This document shows, in pieces, positions 53,241-63,321 of a stretch of 64,000 nt of DNA. Position numbers and translations under genes: made by a program. Origin of the DNA: an uncultured Actinomycetes bacterium (lineage in GTDB: Bacteria > Actinomycetota > UBA4738 > HRBIN12); contig CAVZQM010000004.1 of NCBI GenBank assembly GCA_963777495.1, positions 362,715 to 426,714 of the forward strand, written 5' to 3'. Positions within the stretch are counted from its first letter, which is position 1. Each line of letters starts with the position of its first letter. The notes under the pieces were generated by a model. The model worked only from the letters and a program-made list of their open reading frames with translations, made no database searches and was not told where the DNA came from.

Positions 53241-54485
53241 TCAGCCCGGAAGCTCGCCACGCCGGATCTTGCCGGAGGCGGTGCGCGGGATCTCGGACAC
53301 CAGCACCAGCGCCTTCGGTGCCTTGAAGCGCGCGATCCGATCCGCCGTGTGCGCGCGCAACTCGGAGAGGCTGGGAGGATCGTCGAACCGGCCCGGCACC
53401 ACGAACGCCACCACCTGCCGTCCCCACTCCGCGTGCGGCCGGCCGGCCACGGCGACATCCGCGACCTTCGGATGGTCTCGCAGGACGCGCTCGACCTCCT
53501 TGGGCCATACCGTCTCGGCCCCGGTGCGGATCGCCTCGTCCAAGCGTCCTTCGACGCGCAGCCGTCCGTCATCCTCGAGCGCTCCCGCGTCGCCCGTTCG
53601 GAGCCAGCCGTCGAGCGTGAACGCGGCCGCCGTGGACGCGGGAGCGTGTCGGTAGCCCTCCATCAGGGTGGGACCGCTCACCTCGATCTCACCGTCGCTC
53701 GCGAAACGCACACGAACACCCTCGAACGGCCGGCCGTCGTACGCGATGCCACCACAGGTCTCCGTGAGGCCGTACGTCGTCACGATATGGCCACCCAACG
53801 CCGCGGCCCGCTCGGCCAGACCGGTGTCGACGCTCGAGCCGCCCACCAGGACCACCCCGAACCGCGAGAGGTCGACCTCTGCGTCCACGAGGCGGCGCAG
53901 CATGGTAGGGACGAGCGCGATCCGCGCTCCGGCCGGGACGACGTCGGCCTGATCGAGCCCCAGCCGATCGAGGACGGTGACGGGCGCGCCGGACAGCACG
54001 TGGCGGAGCAGCACGAGCATGCCTCCGATATGCGCCGGAGACAGGCAGCACACCCAGCGCTCCGACGACGGCGGGATGGCGGGCCGCTCGGCGGGCTCCT
54101 CGGACGCAAGGGCAGCTGACGACAGCCCCACCGCGGCGGCGATAGCGTCGCGGGAGAGCTCCACCAGCTTGGGACCACCGCGTGTGCCCGAGGTCGCGAT
54201 GACCATCGCCACGCGCTCGGGGTCGGCTACGGCGGGATCCGCGAACATCACCTCGTCGTCCGCGGTGACGACCGATGCCGGGCGGGCCAGGTCGACGATC
54301 GCCCCCCGCTCGCGGTCGGTCAGGCGCGCGTCCAACGGCAAGATCGCCGCGCCCACATCCCAGAGATCCGCCACGACGTCCACCCACGCCGGGCCCGGCG
54401 CGAGGTCGACCGCGACCAGGAAGCCCGGTGCGGCGCCCAGGTACCGGCTCACGTCCGGTAGGCTAGCCGAAACGTTCGAGTGCAC
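53241..54485 (-). CDS. menE: o-Succinylbenzoate--CoA ligase (AMP-dependent synthetase family)
   Basis: AMP-binding motif [10 protein letters not shown], a short MenE-like length, and a position next to menB/menA/menD. Start is GTG 54485, with GTG 54452 as an alternative. Confidence 0.8.
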   Translation of the reverse strand: MHSNVSASLPDVSRYLGAAPGFLVAVDLAPGPAWVDVVADLWDVGAAILPLDARLTDRERGAIVDLARPASVVTADDEVMFADPAVADPERVAMVIATSGTRGGPKLVELSRDAIAAAVGLSSAALASEEPAERPAIPPSSERWVCCLSPAHIGGMLVLLRHVLSGAPVTVLDRLGLDQADVVPAGARIALVPTMLRRLVDAEVDLSRFGVVLVGGSSVDTGLAERAAALGGHIVTTYGLTETCGGIAYDGRPFEGVRVRFASDGEIEVSGPTLMEGYRHAPASTAAAFTLDGWLRTGDAGALEDDGRLRVEGRLDEAIRTGAETVWPKEVERVLRDHPKVADVAVAGRPHAEWGRQVVAFVVPGRFDDPPSLSELRAHTADRIARFKAPKALVLVSEIPRTASGKIRRGELPG

Positions 54486-54506
54486 GCTCTAGGAGTGATC
54501 GGTCCC

Positions 54507-55331
54507 ATGGACGAGTCCGTTGCGTGGCAGCCCTCCGGCGCCTACACCGACATCCGCTACGAGACGGCGGACGGCATCGCGAAGATCACGATCGACCGGC
54601 CGGAGGTGCGCAACGCGTTCCGCCCGCTCACGGTGCGCGAGCTGATCGCGGCGTTCGACGTGGCCCGCGACGACCCCGCGATCGGCGTGATCGTGCTGAC
54701 GGGTGAGGGTCCCGACGCGTTCTGCAGCGGCGGTGATCAGAAGATCCGCGGCGACGACGGCTACGTCGACGAGCACGGCATCGGCCGGTTGAACGTACTC
54801 GACCTCCAGATCCAGATCCGGCGCATGCCGAAGCCGGTCGTGGCGATGGTCGCCGGCTACGCGATCGGTGGTGGCCACGTGCTGCACGTGTGTTGCGACC
54901 TGACGATCGCCGCCGACAACGCGCGTTTCGGCCAGACCGGCCCGCGGGTCGGGTCGTTCGACGGCGGATACGGGATCAGCCTGCTCGCGCGCCAGATCGG
55001 CGAGAAGCGCGCGAAGGAGATCTGGTTCCTGTGTCGCCAGTACGACGCACCGACCGCGCTCGCTTGGGGGCTGGTGAACGCCGTCGTTCCCCTCGACGAA
55101 CTGGAGGCGACCACCGTCGCGTGGTGTCGCGAGATGCTCGCGCTCTCGCCGCTGGCGCTCCGGCTGCTCAAGGCCGGCGCGAACGCCGGGGTGGACGGCT
55201 TGGCCGGCGTGCAGCAACTGGCCGGGGACGCGACGCTCCTCTATTACATGAGCGAGGAGGCGCAGGAGGGACGCGACGCGTTCACGGAGAAGCGCCCCCC
55301 AGACTTCTCACGATTCCCGAAGCGCCCGTGA
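54507..55331 (+). CDS. menB: 1,4-dihydroxy-2-naphthoyl-CoA synthase
   Basis: Crotonase fold with [28 protein letters not shown] and GGDQKIRG...[22 protein letters not shown] 54480 is an alternative start. Confidence 0.93.
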   Translation: MDESVAWQPSGAYTDIRYETADGIAKITIDRPEVRNAFRPLTVRELIAAFDVARDDPAIGVIVLTGEGPDAFCSGGDQKIRGDDGYVDEHGIGRLNVLDLQIQIRRMPKPVVAMVAGYAIGGGHVLHVCCDLTIAADNARFGQTGPRVGSFDGGYGISLLARQIGEKRAKEIWFLCRQYDAPTALAWGLVNAVVPLDELEATTVAWCREMLALSPLALRLLKAGANAGVDGLAGVQQLAGDATLLYYMSEEAQEGRDAFTEKRPPDFSRFPKRP

Positions 55332-56254
55332 GCTCCGCTTCCGTGTGGTGGCGCGGCACCCGGCCGCGAACGCTTGGCCTCGGCGCGGTGCCGGTACTCG
55401 TCGGGGCCGCCGCCGCCGGGCACGTCGTGGTGTGGCGTCTGGTCGCGGCGTTGGTGGTGGCAGCCGGACTGCAGATCGGCGTGAACCTGGCGAACGACTA
55501 CTTCGACGGCGTCCGCGGCGTGGATACGCACGAGCGGATGGGGCCCCCGAGATTGGTGGCGAGCGGCGCGGCCTCGCCCCGCGCGGTCCTCGCCGCCGCA
55601 CTCGTGGCGCTCGGACTCGCCGCGGTCTGCGGGTTGGCATTGGCGCTCGCGACGACGCCAGTGCTGATCCTGATCGTGGGCGCACTCGCGCTGGCGGCCG
55701 CGCTGCTGTATTCGGGCGGACCGCGCCCGTACGCAGGGCTCGGCCTGGGTGAGCTCGCGGTGTTCGTGTTCTTCGGCTTGATGGCGACGTGCGGCTCGGC
55801 CTACGTCATGGTCGAGACCGTGCCGGCTCCCGCGTGGTGGGGCGGCGTCGTGATGGGCCTGCTCGCGGTCGCGGTCCTGGTCGCGAACAACCTCCGCGAC
55901 ATCCCCACGGACGAAGCCGGTGGCAAGCGGACGCTCGCGGTCCGGCTCGGCGACCGACGCACGCGGAGGCTCTACCGGGTATGCGTCGTCGGCGCGTTCG
56001 CGACGATCGTCATCGGCGTCGTCGTGTTCATCGCCGACGAGTCGATCGGCCTGCCGCAGTGGGGGCTGTTCGGGCTGATCGCGTGGCCGCTCGCGATCCG
56101 TCCCTTCGAGCGGATCCGCACCGCGACGGGAGCCGATCTGATCCCCGTCCTCACGGGAACGGCCCTGCTGCACGCCGCGTGCGGGGTGACGCTCGCGCTC
56201 GGTTTGGCGCTCTCGCACACCGAGTTCGTGGTCCACACCGTTCAGGTGACGTGA
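55328..56254 (+). CDS. menA: 1,4-dihydroxy-2-naphthoate polyprenyltransferase
   Basis: UbiA-family membrane protein with [14 protein letters not shown] and [22 protein letters not shown] motifs. The GTG start overlaps the menB stop. Confidence 0.9.
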   Translation: MSSASVWWRGTRPRTLGLGAVPVLVGAAAAGHVVVWRLVAALVVAAGLQIGVNLANDYFDGVRGVDTHERMGPPRLVASGAASPRAVLAAALVALGLAAVCGLALALATTPVLILIVGALALAAALLYSGGPRPYAGLGLGELAVFVFFGLMATCGSAYVMVETVPAPAWWGGVVMGLLAVAVLVANNLRDIPTDEAGGKRTLAVRLGDRRTRRLYRVCVVGAFATIVIGVVVFIADESIGLPQWGLFGLIAWPLAIRPFERIRTATGADLIPVLTGTALLHAACGVTLALGLALSHTEFVVHTVQVT

Positions 56255-57954
56255 TGCAGACCGGCGACCTCTCACTCGCGTGCGCCGGCGCGCTGATCGA
56301 CGAACTGGTCGAACACGGGATGCGGCACGCGTGCGTGTCCCCGGCTCCCGTTCGACGCCGCTCGCGCTGGCGTTGGAACGGCACGGCGGCGTCACGGTGC
56401 ACGTCCACCTGGACGAGCGGTCCAGCGCGTTCTTCGCGCTCGGCCTCGCGAAGGCGCTGCGCCGCCCCGTCGCGGTCGCGTGCACCAGCGGCACCGCCGC
56501 TGCGGAGCTCTTCCCGGCCGTCGTGGAAGCGGCGCAGGCACGGGTGCCCCTGTACCTGCTGACGGCCGATCGGCCGCCGCGCCTGCGGGGAACCGGCGGC
56601 GAACCAGACGATCGACCAGGTGCGGTTGTTCGGTGTCTACCCGAGGAAGTACCTGGCTCCTCCCACGCCCGCGACGGCGGAAGACGCGCGCGACTGGCGG
56701 CGGACCGGACGCGAGGCGGTCGCCGCCTGCGGCGGACCGCAGCCGGGTCCGGTGCACATCAACTGCTCGTTCGACGAGCCGCTGGTACCGACCGGTGAAG
56801 TCGTGGACGTGCCGGCGCGCGACCCCGCGCGGGTCGAGCTGCCCGATCGTCACCCGGAGCCCCTCGCGGCCGACGTCGAGCGCATGGCGCACGAGTTGTC
56901 GGGCGCGCGCGGTGTCGTGGTCGCGGGATCCAGCTGGTGGATGCCGCCCGACCAGATGTCGCTGCTCGCGGAGCGACTCGGGTGGCCGCTGCTTGCGGAG
57001 CCGACATCGGGCCTCCGTCGGCCCGGCCGAGCGCTCGCGACCGGTCAGGCGTTGATCCGGTCGGCCGGGTTCGCGGAGCGTCACCGCCCGGAGGTGGTGC
57101 TGCAGATCGGCGCCGCGCCGACCACGCGCGCGACCCAGACGCTCGTGGCGGCGGCCGAACGGCTCCTGGTGGTCGACCGGTTCCATCCGGAACCCGACCC
57201 AGAGCGGGAAGCGAGCTGGCGCCTCGACGCCGATCCGCGTCACGTCGCCGCAGCGGTGATGGCGCACGAGATCGAGCCCGCCCCCGTCGGTTGGTCGGCC
57301 GGCTGGAGCGATCACGACGAGCGCGCGCGCCGGGCGATGGATGATGTCCTGGACACCACAGACGAACCGACCGAGCTTCGCTTGGCGAGAGACCTCGCCG
57401 CGGCGGTCCCCGACGGCGGCACGCTGTTCGTCGGGAACTCGACGCCGATCCGCGACGTGGATATCGCCATGGCACCACGGGACGGACTTCAGGTGCTCGC
57501 GAACCGCGGCGCCAGCGGCATCGACGGCCTGGTATCGACCGCGCTCGGGATGGCGACCGCCGACCGGGGTGCGACGTTCGCGCTGATCGGGGACCTCTCG
57601 CTGCTGCACGACGTCGGCGCACTGCTTTGGAACGGCCGCCGGTCCGCCGATCTCGTCCTCGTCGTGCCGAACAACGGGGGCGGCGCCATCTTCGGGTCGC
57701 TCGGCCAGCGAACGCTCCCGGAGCGCGACCGCCTGTTCGTGACGCCGCACGACCTCGACCTCGCGCTGATCGCCGCTGCGGGAGGCGTCGAGCATCGCCG
57801 TGTGGAGCAGATGTCCCGGCTCGATGCGGCGTTCCTCGACGCGCGGGCCGCCGGCGGGATCCAACTGATCGAGGTCTCGGTCCCGGCCGAGCGCAGTCGT
57901 GAACAGCGGGCCGACGTCCAGGCGGCCGTGGACCTCGCGCTCGCGGTGCGCTGA
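56254..57954 (+). CDS. menD: SEPHCHC synthase (2-succinyl-5-enolpyruvyl-6-hydroxy-3-cyclohexene-1-carboxylate synthase), with two compensating frameshifts as assembled
   Basis: The N-terminus [22 protein letters not shown] is in frame 1. [16 protein letters not shown]...[16 protein letters not shown]...LLTADRPP is in the frame of ORF 56280..56798. [12 protein letters not shown] onward is back in frame 1 (ORF 56620..57954). The TPP motif is GDLSLLHD...NNGGG. Confidence 0.85.
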
Positions 57955-57994
57955 CCTCGCGGCTACCCTTGGCGTCCTCACGAGAGGAGACCGG

Positions 57995-58354
57995 ATGGAG
58001 CTCGAGATCAAGCGCTTCGACGCACCCGACGAGACGCGTGCGTTCGAGAAGGGCTCGTTCGAGGTCGTCGAGATCGCCGGCATGACGGTCGGTCGGGCAC
58101 GGTACGAGCCCGGATGGAAGTGGTCGGAGCACGTCGGCGCGCTCACGGGCACCCCGGCGTGTGAGGTCGAGCACCTGGGACTGGTCGTCTCGGGACGCGC
58201 CGCGGTCGCCATGGATGACGGCCGGGAGTTCGTGATGGAACCGGGAGACCTGTTCGCGATCCCGCCGGGGCACGACAGCTGGGTGGTCGGCGACGAGCCG
58301 TACGTCTCGCTCCACTTCCTGGGCGCGACCGACTACGCGGCGACCCACGAGTAG
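57995..58354 (+). CDS. Cupin-domain protein
   Basis: 119 aa from the internal ATG, preceded by GAGAGGAG. The pattern is beta-rich, with the G-x5-H-x-H-like segment replaced by EHLGLVVSGRA and with FAIPPGHDSWV. Confidence 0.6.
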   Translation: MELEIKRFDAPDETRAFEKGSFEVVEIAGMTVGRARYEPGWKWSEHVGALTGTPACEVEHLGLVVSGRAAVAMDDGREFVMEPGDLFAIPPGHDSWVVGDEPYVSLHFLGATDYAATHE

Positions 58355-58364
58355 TGATGCGGCC

Positions 58365-58838
58365 ATGAACGTCGTCATCCGCGCCGCGACCGACGCCGAC
58401 GTCGCAGAGCTGGCGCGCCTCCGCTGGCAGCTCTACACCGAGCGCGAGTCCCACGAAGAACCGTTCCCCGCGTATGCCGAACGGTTCACCGTCTTCGCGC
58501 ACGACGCGTTGGCCCGCGACGATTGGTGGGCGTGGGTCGGTGACGACGGGAACAGGCTGGTCGCCGCGGTCTGGCTCCACGCCGTGCCGCGCGTCCCGGC
58601 GCCGGGACACGGCGATCCTCGACCGATGGGGTACCTGACGAACATGTACGTCGAACCTGACCTCCGCGCGCGCGGTGTCGGCTCACAGCTGGTGCGCGAG
58701 TTGATCGGCCACTGCGAGACGGCCGGCTTCGAGCTGATCCTCACGTTCCCGGCCGACGACGCCTTCGGCTTCTACGAGGTCCACGGGTTCGAGCGCCGGC
58801 CGGACCCGGTCGTGCTCCGGTTGGGTCGGATCGCATGA
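58365..58838 (+). CDS. GNAT-family N-acetyltransferase
   Basis: 157 aa with the acetyl-CoA binding motif RARGVGSQLVRELI. Confidence 0.8.
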   Translation: MNVVIRAATDADVAELARLRWQLYTERESHEEPFPAYAERFTVFAHDALARDDWWAWVGDDGNRLVAAVWLHAVPRVPAPGHGDPRPMGYLTNMYVEPDLRARGVGSQLVRELIGHCETAGFELILTFPADDAFGFYEVHGFERRPDPVVLRLGRIA

Positions 58839-59866
58839 CCGACGCGCCGATCCGACCGATGCTCGCGAAGTCCGAGGAGGACCTCCCGCTCGGCGACGGC
58901 TGGCGTTACGAGCCGAAATGGGACGGGTTCCGCGCGATCGTCACCCGCGATGCCGACGGCGTGCGGCTGGACTCGCGAGGCGATCGCCCGCTCGGCCGGT
59001 ACTTCCCGGAGCTCGTGGAGCTGCTCGGGACGCAACCGCCCACGACGTACGTGATGGACGGGGAGATCCTGATGGTCGTCGACGGCGCCATGGATTTCGA
59101 GACGCTCCAGATGCGTCTCCACCCGGCCGCGTCGCGTGTGAACAAGCTGGCGGCCGAGATCCCTTCGACGTTCGTGGCGTTCGACCTCCTGGAGCGCGAC
59201 GGCCGCGATATCCGGCCGCTCACGACGGACGAGCGCCGGGCGGAACTCGAGTCGTTGATCGACCATCTGGGCGCCGAGCTCGCGCCCGATTCCCCCGCCG
59301 GGCTGCACCCGGGCCCCGCCCTGATCCTCACGCCGAGGACGGACGACCCGGGCGTGGCGCGGCGATGGTTCGAAGACGTCGACGGCGTCGGGCAGGACGG
59401 CATCGTGGCGAAGCGCGCCGAGCAACGTTACGTCGAGGGCGAACGCGTCATGGTCAAGGTGAAGCACCATCGGACCGCCGATTGCGTGGTCGGGGGCTAC
59501 CGGGTCGAACGCAAGGGCGACGGCGTCGGCAGCCTCCTGCTCGGCCTGTACGACGGCGAGGGCACGCTGCAGTACGTGGGCCACACGTCGGCGTTCAAGG
59601 CGAAGGAACGGCGCGAGCTCAGGGAGACGCTCGAGCCGCTCGTCGGAGGGTCGAGCTTCGGCGAGGGCCGGAGTCCGGGCGGACCGAGCCGTTGGAGCGG
59701 GGGGCGCGACACCGAATGGGTCCCGCTCGAACCGAAACTGGTGTGCGAGGTCCGCTACGAACGCCTTCAGGGTGGCCGGTTCCGCCACTCGGCCTCGATC
59801 GTCCGCTGGCGTCCGGATCGCGACCCCACCAGTTGCACGTTCGAACAGCTCGAGCCGGGCGCGTGA
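58835..59866 (+). CDS. ligC: ATP-dependent DNA ligase (LigC-like: adenylation + OB domains only)
   Basis: 343 aa with the motif I lysine in YEPKWDGFRA, then FDLL, DGIVAKR and VKVKH motifs. Confidence 0.85.
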   Translation: MTDAPIRPMLAKSEEDLPLGDGWRYEPKWDGFRAIVTRDADGVRLDSRGDRPLGRYFPELVELLGTQPPTTYVMDGEILMVVDGAMDFETLQMRLHPAASRVNKLAAEIPSTFVAFDLLERDGRDIRPLTTDERRAELESLIDHLGAELAPDSPAGLHPGPALILTPRTDDPGVARRWFEDVDGVGQDGIVAKRAEQRYVEGERVMVKVKHHRTADCVVGGYRVERKGDGVGSLLLGLYDGEGTLQYVGHTSAFKAKERRELRETLEPLVGGSSFGEGRSPGGPSRWSGGRDTEWVPLEPKLVCEVRYERLQGGRFRHSASIVRWRPDRDPTSCTFEQLEPGA

Positions 59867-59870
59867 TGGG

Positions 59871-60341
59871 TCAGCCGGCGAGCGGCTCCATGAACATCCA
59901 GCGGTGGCCTTCGGGATCGGCCGCGTTATAGAGCCGTCCGTACGGCTCATCCTTCGGTTCACGCAGGATCACGGCACCTTCGGCTCGGGCGCGTTCGCAG
60001 TGCTCGTCGACATCGTCCACGTAGATCAGGACTCCGTCCACGATGTACGGGACCGACGACCAGCGCTGCGCGTCCTCGCATCCCCGCGCGTGTCGTGCCG
60101 GCCCCTGATACTCGGGGCCGGGCCATCCGAGCATCACCTGCGCGCCGTCGAGGTCCAGTTCGGCATGTGTCACCCGCCCGTCCGGCTCGGTGTAGCGCTC
60201 GCCACGCTCTCGGAACCCGAACGCCCGGCTCAACCATTCGACGGCCGTGCCCACGTCCTCGTAGGAGAGCATCGGCACCGCCCGCTGCGGGATCTCCAGG
60301 GTGGTCTCACCCATGGTGGCCTCCTTGCACTCGCGGTCCAT
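59871..60341 (-). CDS. VOC/glyoxalase-bleomycin resistance family protein
   Basis: 156-aa ORF. VPMLSYEDVGTAVEWLSRAFGF...THAEL...DPEGHRWMF is typical of VOC proteins. The start may be ATG 60314. Confidence 0.75.
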   Translation of the reverse strand: MDRECKEATMGETTLEIPQRAVPMLSYEDVGTAVEWLSRAFGFRERGERYTEPDGRVTHAELDLDGAQVMLGWPGPEYQGPARHARGCEDAQRWSSVPYIVDGVLIYVDDVDEHCERARAEGAVILREPKDEPYGRLYNAADPEGHRWMFMEPLAG

Positions 60342-60368
60342 GCATCCTGACAGCTCGCCCCGGAACCG

Positions 60369-61379
60369 TCATGACGGCCGACGGCGTTTGGACGGCTGGA
60401 CCCGGGGCGGTTCCTTGTCGGCCTTCGGGAAGTGCGGCGGCCATGGCGCGTCACCCAGCCCACCCGCCTCGTCCCGAGCGGCGAGCTCCAACAATCCGTC
60501 CAGGCTCGACGGCTCGATCGTATCCGCGTCCCCCCCGGGGTCGCCGAGCGACGCCAGCCGGTCCGGGACCGTGCGGATCGTGAAGACGGATGGGTCGACG
60601 TCCGGCACCTCGTCCCACGACAGCGGCGTCGCGACGCGCGCATCGGGAACCGGCCGAACCGAGTACACCGACGCGACCGTACGATCCCGTGCGTTCTGGT
60701 TGTAGTCGACGAAGACACCCTGCCGCTCTTCCTTCCACCAGGCGGCGGTCGCGACGCCGCCGGTCCGACGCGTGACCTCACGCGCGAGCGCGAGTGCCGC
60801 ACGGCGCACCGTCGTGAAACCGTGCTCACGGACGATCGGCACCACGAGGTGCATCCCGCGCTTGCCCGACGTCGCGGGGAAGCCGACCGCCCCGTGATCT
60901 TCCAGCACCTGGCGCACGACGAGCGTGACCTTCCGCACGTCGTCCCACGGCACGCCCGGTGTGGGATCCAGGTCCACCCGCAGCTCGTCGGGATGATCCA
61001 CGTCGTCACACCGCACGGGCCAAGGGTTGAGGTCGAGGCACGCGAGGTTGGCCATCCACACCAGGTGCGCCGCGTCGGCCGGAGCGATCATCACCGCGTG
61101 GCGCCCACTGGGGAACGTGATCGTCGCGGTCTGCACCCACGGCGGGCGCTGGCTCGGAACGCGCTTCTGATAGAAGGGTTCGCCTTCCACGCCGTTCGGG
61201 AACCGGTGCATGATCGTAGGACGGTCGCGACACCCGATCAGCGCCGCGTCCGCGACCGTCAGGTAGTACTCGACCAACTCCATCTTGGTCACGCCGACCG
61301 CGGGGAACAGCACCTTGTCGGGATTGGTCAGCCGCACCTCGAACCCGTCGACATCGATCGTGGTGGCCGGTGTCGGCAT
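60369..61379 (-). CDS. Stand-alone primase-polymerase (LigD polymerase-domain / Prim-Pol family)
   Basis: 336 aa. LTNPDKVLFP, DLNPW, LRVDLDP, SGKRGMHLVVP and VFVDYNQNARDRT are archaeo-eukaryotic primase-like LigD-Pol motifs. Confidence 0.85.
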   Translation of the reverse strand: MPTPATTIDVDGFEVRLTNPDKVLFPAVGVTKMELVEYYLTVADAALIGCRDRPTIMHRFPNGVEGEPFYQKRVPSQRPPWVQTATITFPSGRHAVMIAPADAAHLVWMANLACLDLNPWPVRCDDVDHPDELRVDLDPTPGVPWDDVRKVTLVVRQVLEDHGAVGFPATSGKRGMHLVVPIVREHGFTTVRRAALALAREVTRRTGGVATAAWWKEERQGVFVDYNQNARDRTVASVYSVRPVPDARVATPLSWDEVPDVDPSVFTIRTVPDRLASLGDPGGDADTIEPSSLDGLLELAARDEAGGLGDAPWPPHFPKADKEPPRVQPSKRRRPS

Positions 61380-61384
61380 CGTGG

Positions 61385-62626
61385 CTACCCCCAGCGCAAC
61401 GAGTCCAGGAACGCGCGGAACTTGCGTTCGGTCTCGTCCAGCTCGCGCGCCGGCGCGGAATCCGCGACGATCCCCGCACCCGCGAACAGCGTCGCGCGAT
61501 CACCCACCAGCTCTGCACAGCGGAGCGCGATCGCCCACTCGCCGTCGCCGTCTGCGTCGACCCACCCGATCGGGCCCGCGTAGCCGCCGCGGTCGAACGG
61601 CTCAAGCTCCCCGATCAGCGCGAGCGCGTCCTCCGTCGGCGTCCCACCGACCGCCGGCGTCGGGTGCAGCGCCGCCGCGAGCTCGAGCGCGCTGGGCAGG
61701 GGTTCTTTGAGTCGGCCGCGGAACCGCGTCAACAGATGCCAGACGTTCGCCGTAGCCATCAGCACCGGCTCGGGGTCATGGCGGAGATCGACGCAGAGGG
61801 GATGCAGAGCGGCGAATACTCCCTCGACCACGATCGCGTGCTCGTGGCGGTCCTTGGCCGAGGACCCGAGCGCCTCGGCGTTGGCGCGATCCTCCGCCGG
61901 GTCGCCCGAGCGCGGCGCCGAGCCCGCAAGTGGATCTGCGCGGACCTGGGACCCCTGCCGCGACACGAGGAGTTCCGGCGACGCCCCCACCAAAACCCCG
62001 GCCGGGGTCGGGGCCGCGAACGCATAGCAGTCGGGGTCGACGGACCGGAGACGCTGGACCAGCCGCCGCGGATCCAGCTCACGTCCCGCGTCGACCTCCA
62101 TCGTCCGCGCGAGCACGACCTTGCGGAGCGAACCCTCGCGAAGATGCTCAAGCGCCGCGTCCACCGCACGCATGTAGGACTCGGGTGAGGGCACCGATCG
62201 CACCTGGATCTCGTCGAACGCATCGTGCGGCGCGGCACCGCCGGCTGATCGATCGAACGGCGCCGGATCAACGGCGCCCGTACCCACGAACGTCTCCTTC
62301 ATCACCCCGTCCGCGCCCCGACGCACGATATGGATGGGAACGGTCAGCAGTGCCTCCCGGGCGGTGCCGAACGGGAGGGCTCCGACCGCGACCGGCGGCG
62401 CGTCCCCCTCGTACGCGGCGGCGGCCAGTGCCGCTCGCACGGCGGCGTCGGCGTGAGCGACCTGCCCGTCCCCCGCCGGAATCACGACGCGGGCGGACGC
62501 GCCGCTCCCCGCGATGCCCCGTCCGGAACGTTCGAAGAAGAAGCCGTCCGGCGCGCGGTAGGCGGCGAGCAGATCGAACGCCGGACCGAGTGTCCGGCGA
62601 CGCGGGAGCTCGACCGCGTCGCTCAC
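61385..62626 (-). CDS. menF: Isochorismate synthase
   Basis: 413 aa with the chorismate-binding C-terminal domain (LHPTPAVGGTP, RGGYAGPIGWVD, AGAGIV). Confidence 0.88.
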   Translation of the reverse strand: MSDAVELPRRRTLGPAFDLLAAYRAPDGFFFERSGRGIAGSGASARVVIPAGDGQVAHADAAVRAALAAAAYEGDAPPVAVGALPFGTAREALLTVPIHIVRRGADGVMKETFVGTGAVDPAPFDRSAGGAAPHDAFDEIQVRSVPSPESYMRAVDAALEHLREGSLRKVVLARTMEVDAGRELDPRRLVQRLRSVDPDCYAFAAPTPAGVLVGASPELLVSRQGSQVRADPLAGSAPRSGDPAEDRANAEALGSSAKDRHEHAIVVEGVFAALHPLCVDLRHDPEPVLMATANVWHLLTRFRGRLKEPLPSALELAAALHPTPAVGGTPTEDALALIGELEPFDRGGYAGPIGWVDADGDGEWAIALRCAELVGDRATLFAGAGIVADSAPARELDETERKFRAFLDSLRWG

Positions 62627-63321
62627 GAGCGCGTCCCCACGAAGAGTTGCGTGATGCCGCCGGAGAGCTGATGACGCTCGGCATCGGGGAACCCGGCTGC
62701 GCCGAGCATCTCGACCATCTCGGCGGGAGCGGGTAGGTACGCCATGGATCGCGGCAGGTACGCATACGCCGCGCCGTCCGACAGCAGCCCCCCGATCTTG
62801 GGGACGACGTGGCGGAAGTACAGACCGTGGCCGGCTCGCAAGGCGCGATTGTCGGGCTCACTCGCGTCAAGGAGGGAGACGCGGCCACTTGTCCGAACGA
62901 CCCGTCCGAGCTCCGCGAAGAACGCGGCCAGATCCACGACGTTGCGGAGCGCGAAGCCGCACGTCGCGCCGTCGGCGGACCCGTCGCGGAGCGGCAGGTG
63001 CAGCACGTCCGCCTCGACGAGCGGAGCCGACGTCGTCGCGGCCGTAAGCATGCCGTGCGAGAAGTCGAACCCTACTGCTCGATAACCATTGCGCTGCAAG
63101 TCACGGCAGAGATCCCCCGTCCCGCAGGCGAGGTCGACCACCCGCGCGCCGCCGGGCAGCCGGAGCTGGCCAACAGCGCGGCGGCGCCACCCCGCGTCCA
63201 TCCCGAACGTCATGACGCGGTTCACCATGTCGTAGCGACCCGAGATCGTGTCGAAGAGCGAACGAACGGCTCGGTGCTTCTCGTCCCCTTCCGGCAGGCC
63301 GAGCTCGCGGGCGCTCGTCAC
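62623..63321 (-). CDS. menG: Demethylmenaquinone methyltransferase (class I SAM-dependent)
   Basis: 232 aa with FDTISGRYDMVNRVMTFG and the SAM motif VVDLACGTGD. It overlaps the menF start. Confidence 0.88.
   Translation of the reverse strand: MTSARELGLPEGDEKHRAVRSLFDTISGRYDMVNRVMTFGMDAGWRRRAVGQLRLPGGARVVDLACGTGDLCRDLQRNGYRAVGFDFSHGMLTAATTSAPLVEADVLHLPLRDGSADGATCGFALRNVVDLAAFFAELGRVVRTSGRVSLLDASEPDNRALRAGHGLYFRHVVPKIGGLLSDGAAYAYLPRSMAYLPAPAEMVEMLGAAGFPDAERHQLSGGITQLFVGTRS

Noticed and set aside
56392-58378. 606-aa and 539-aa minus-strand ORFs
   Set aside because: They are antisense to menD and the cupin gene with R/P/G/A-rich low-complexity translations.
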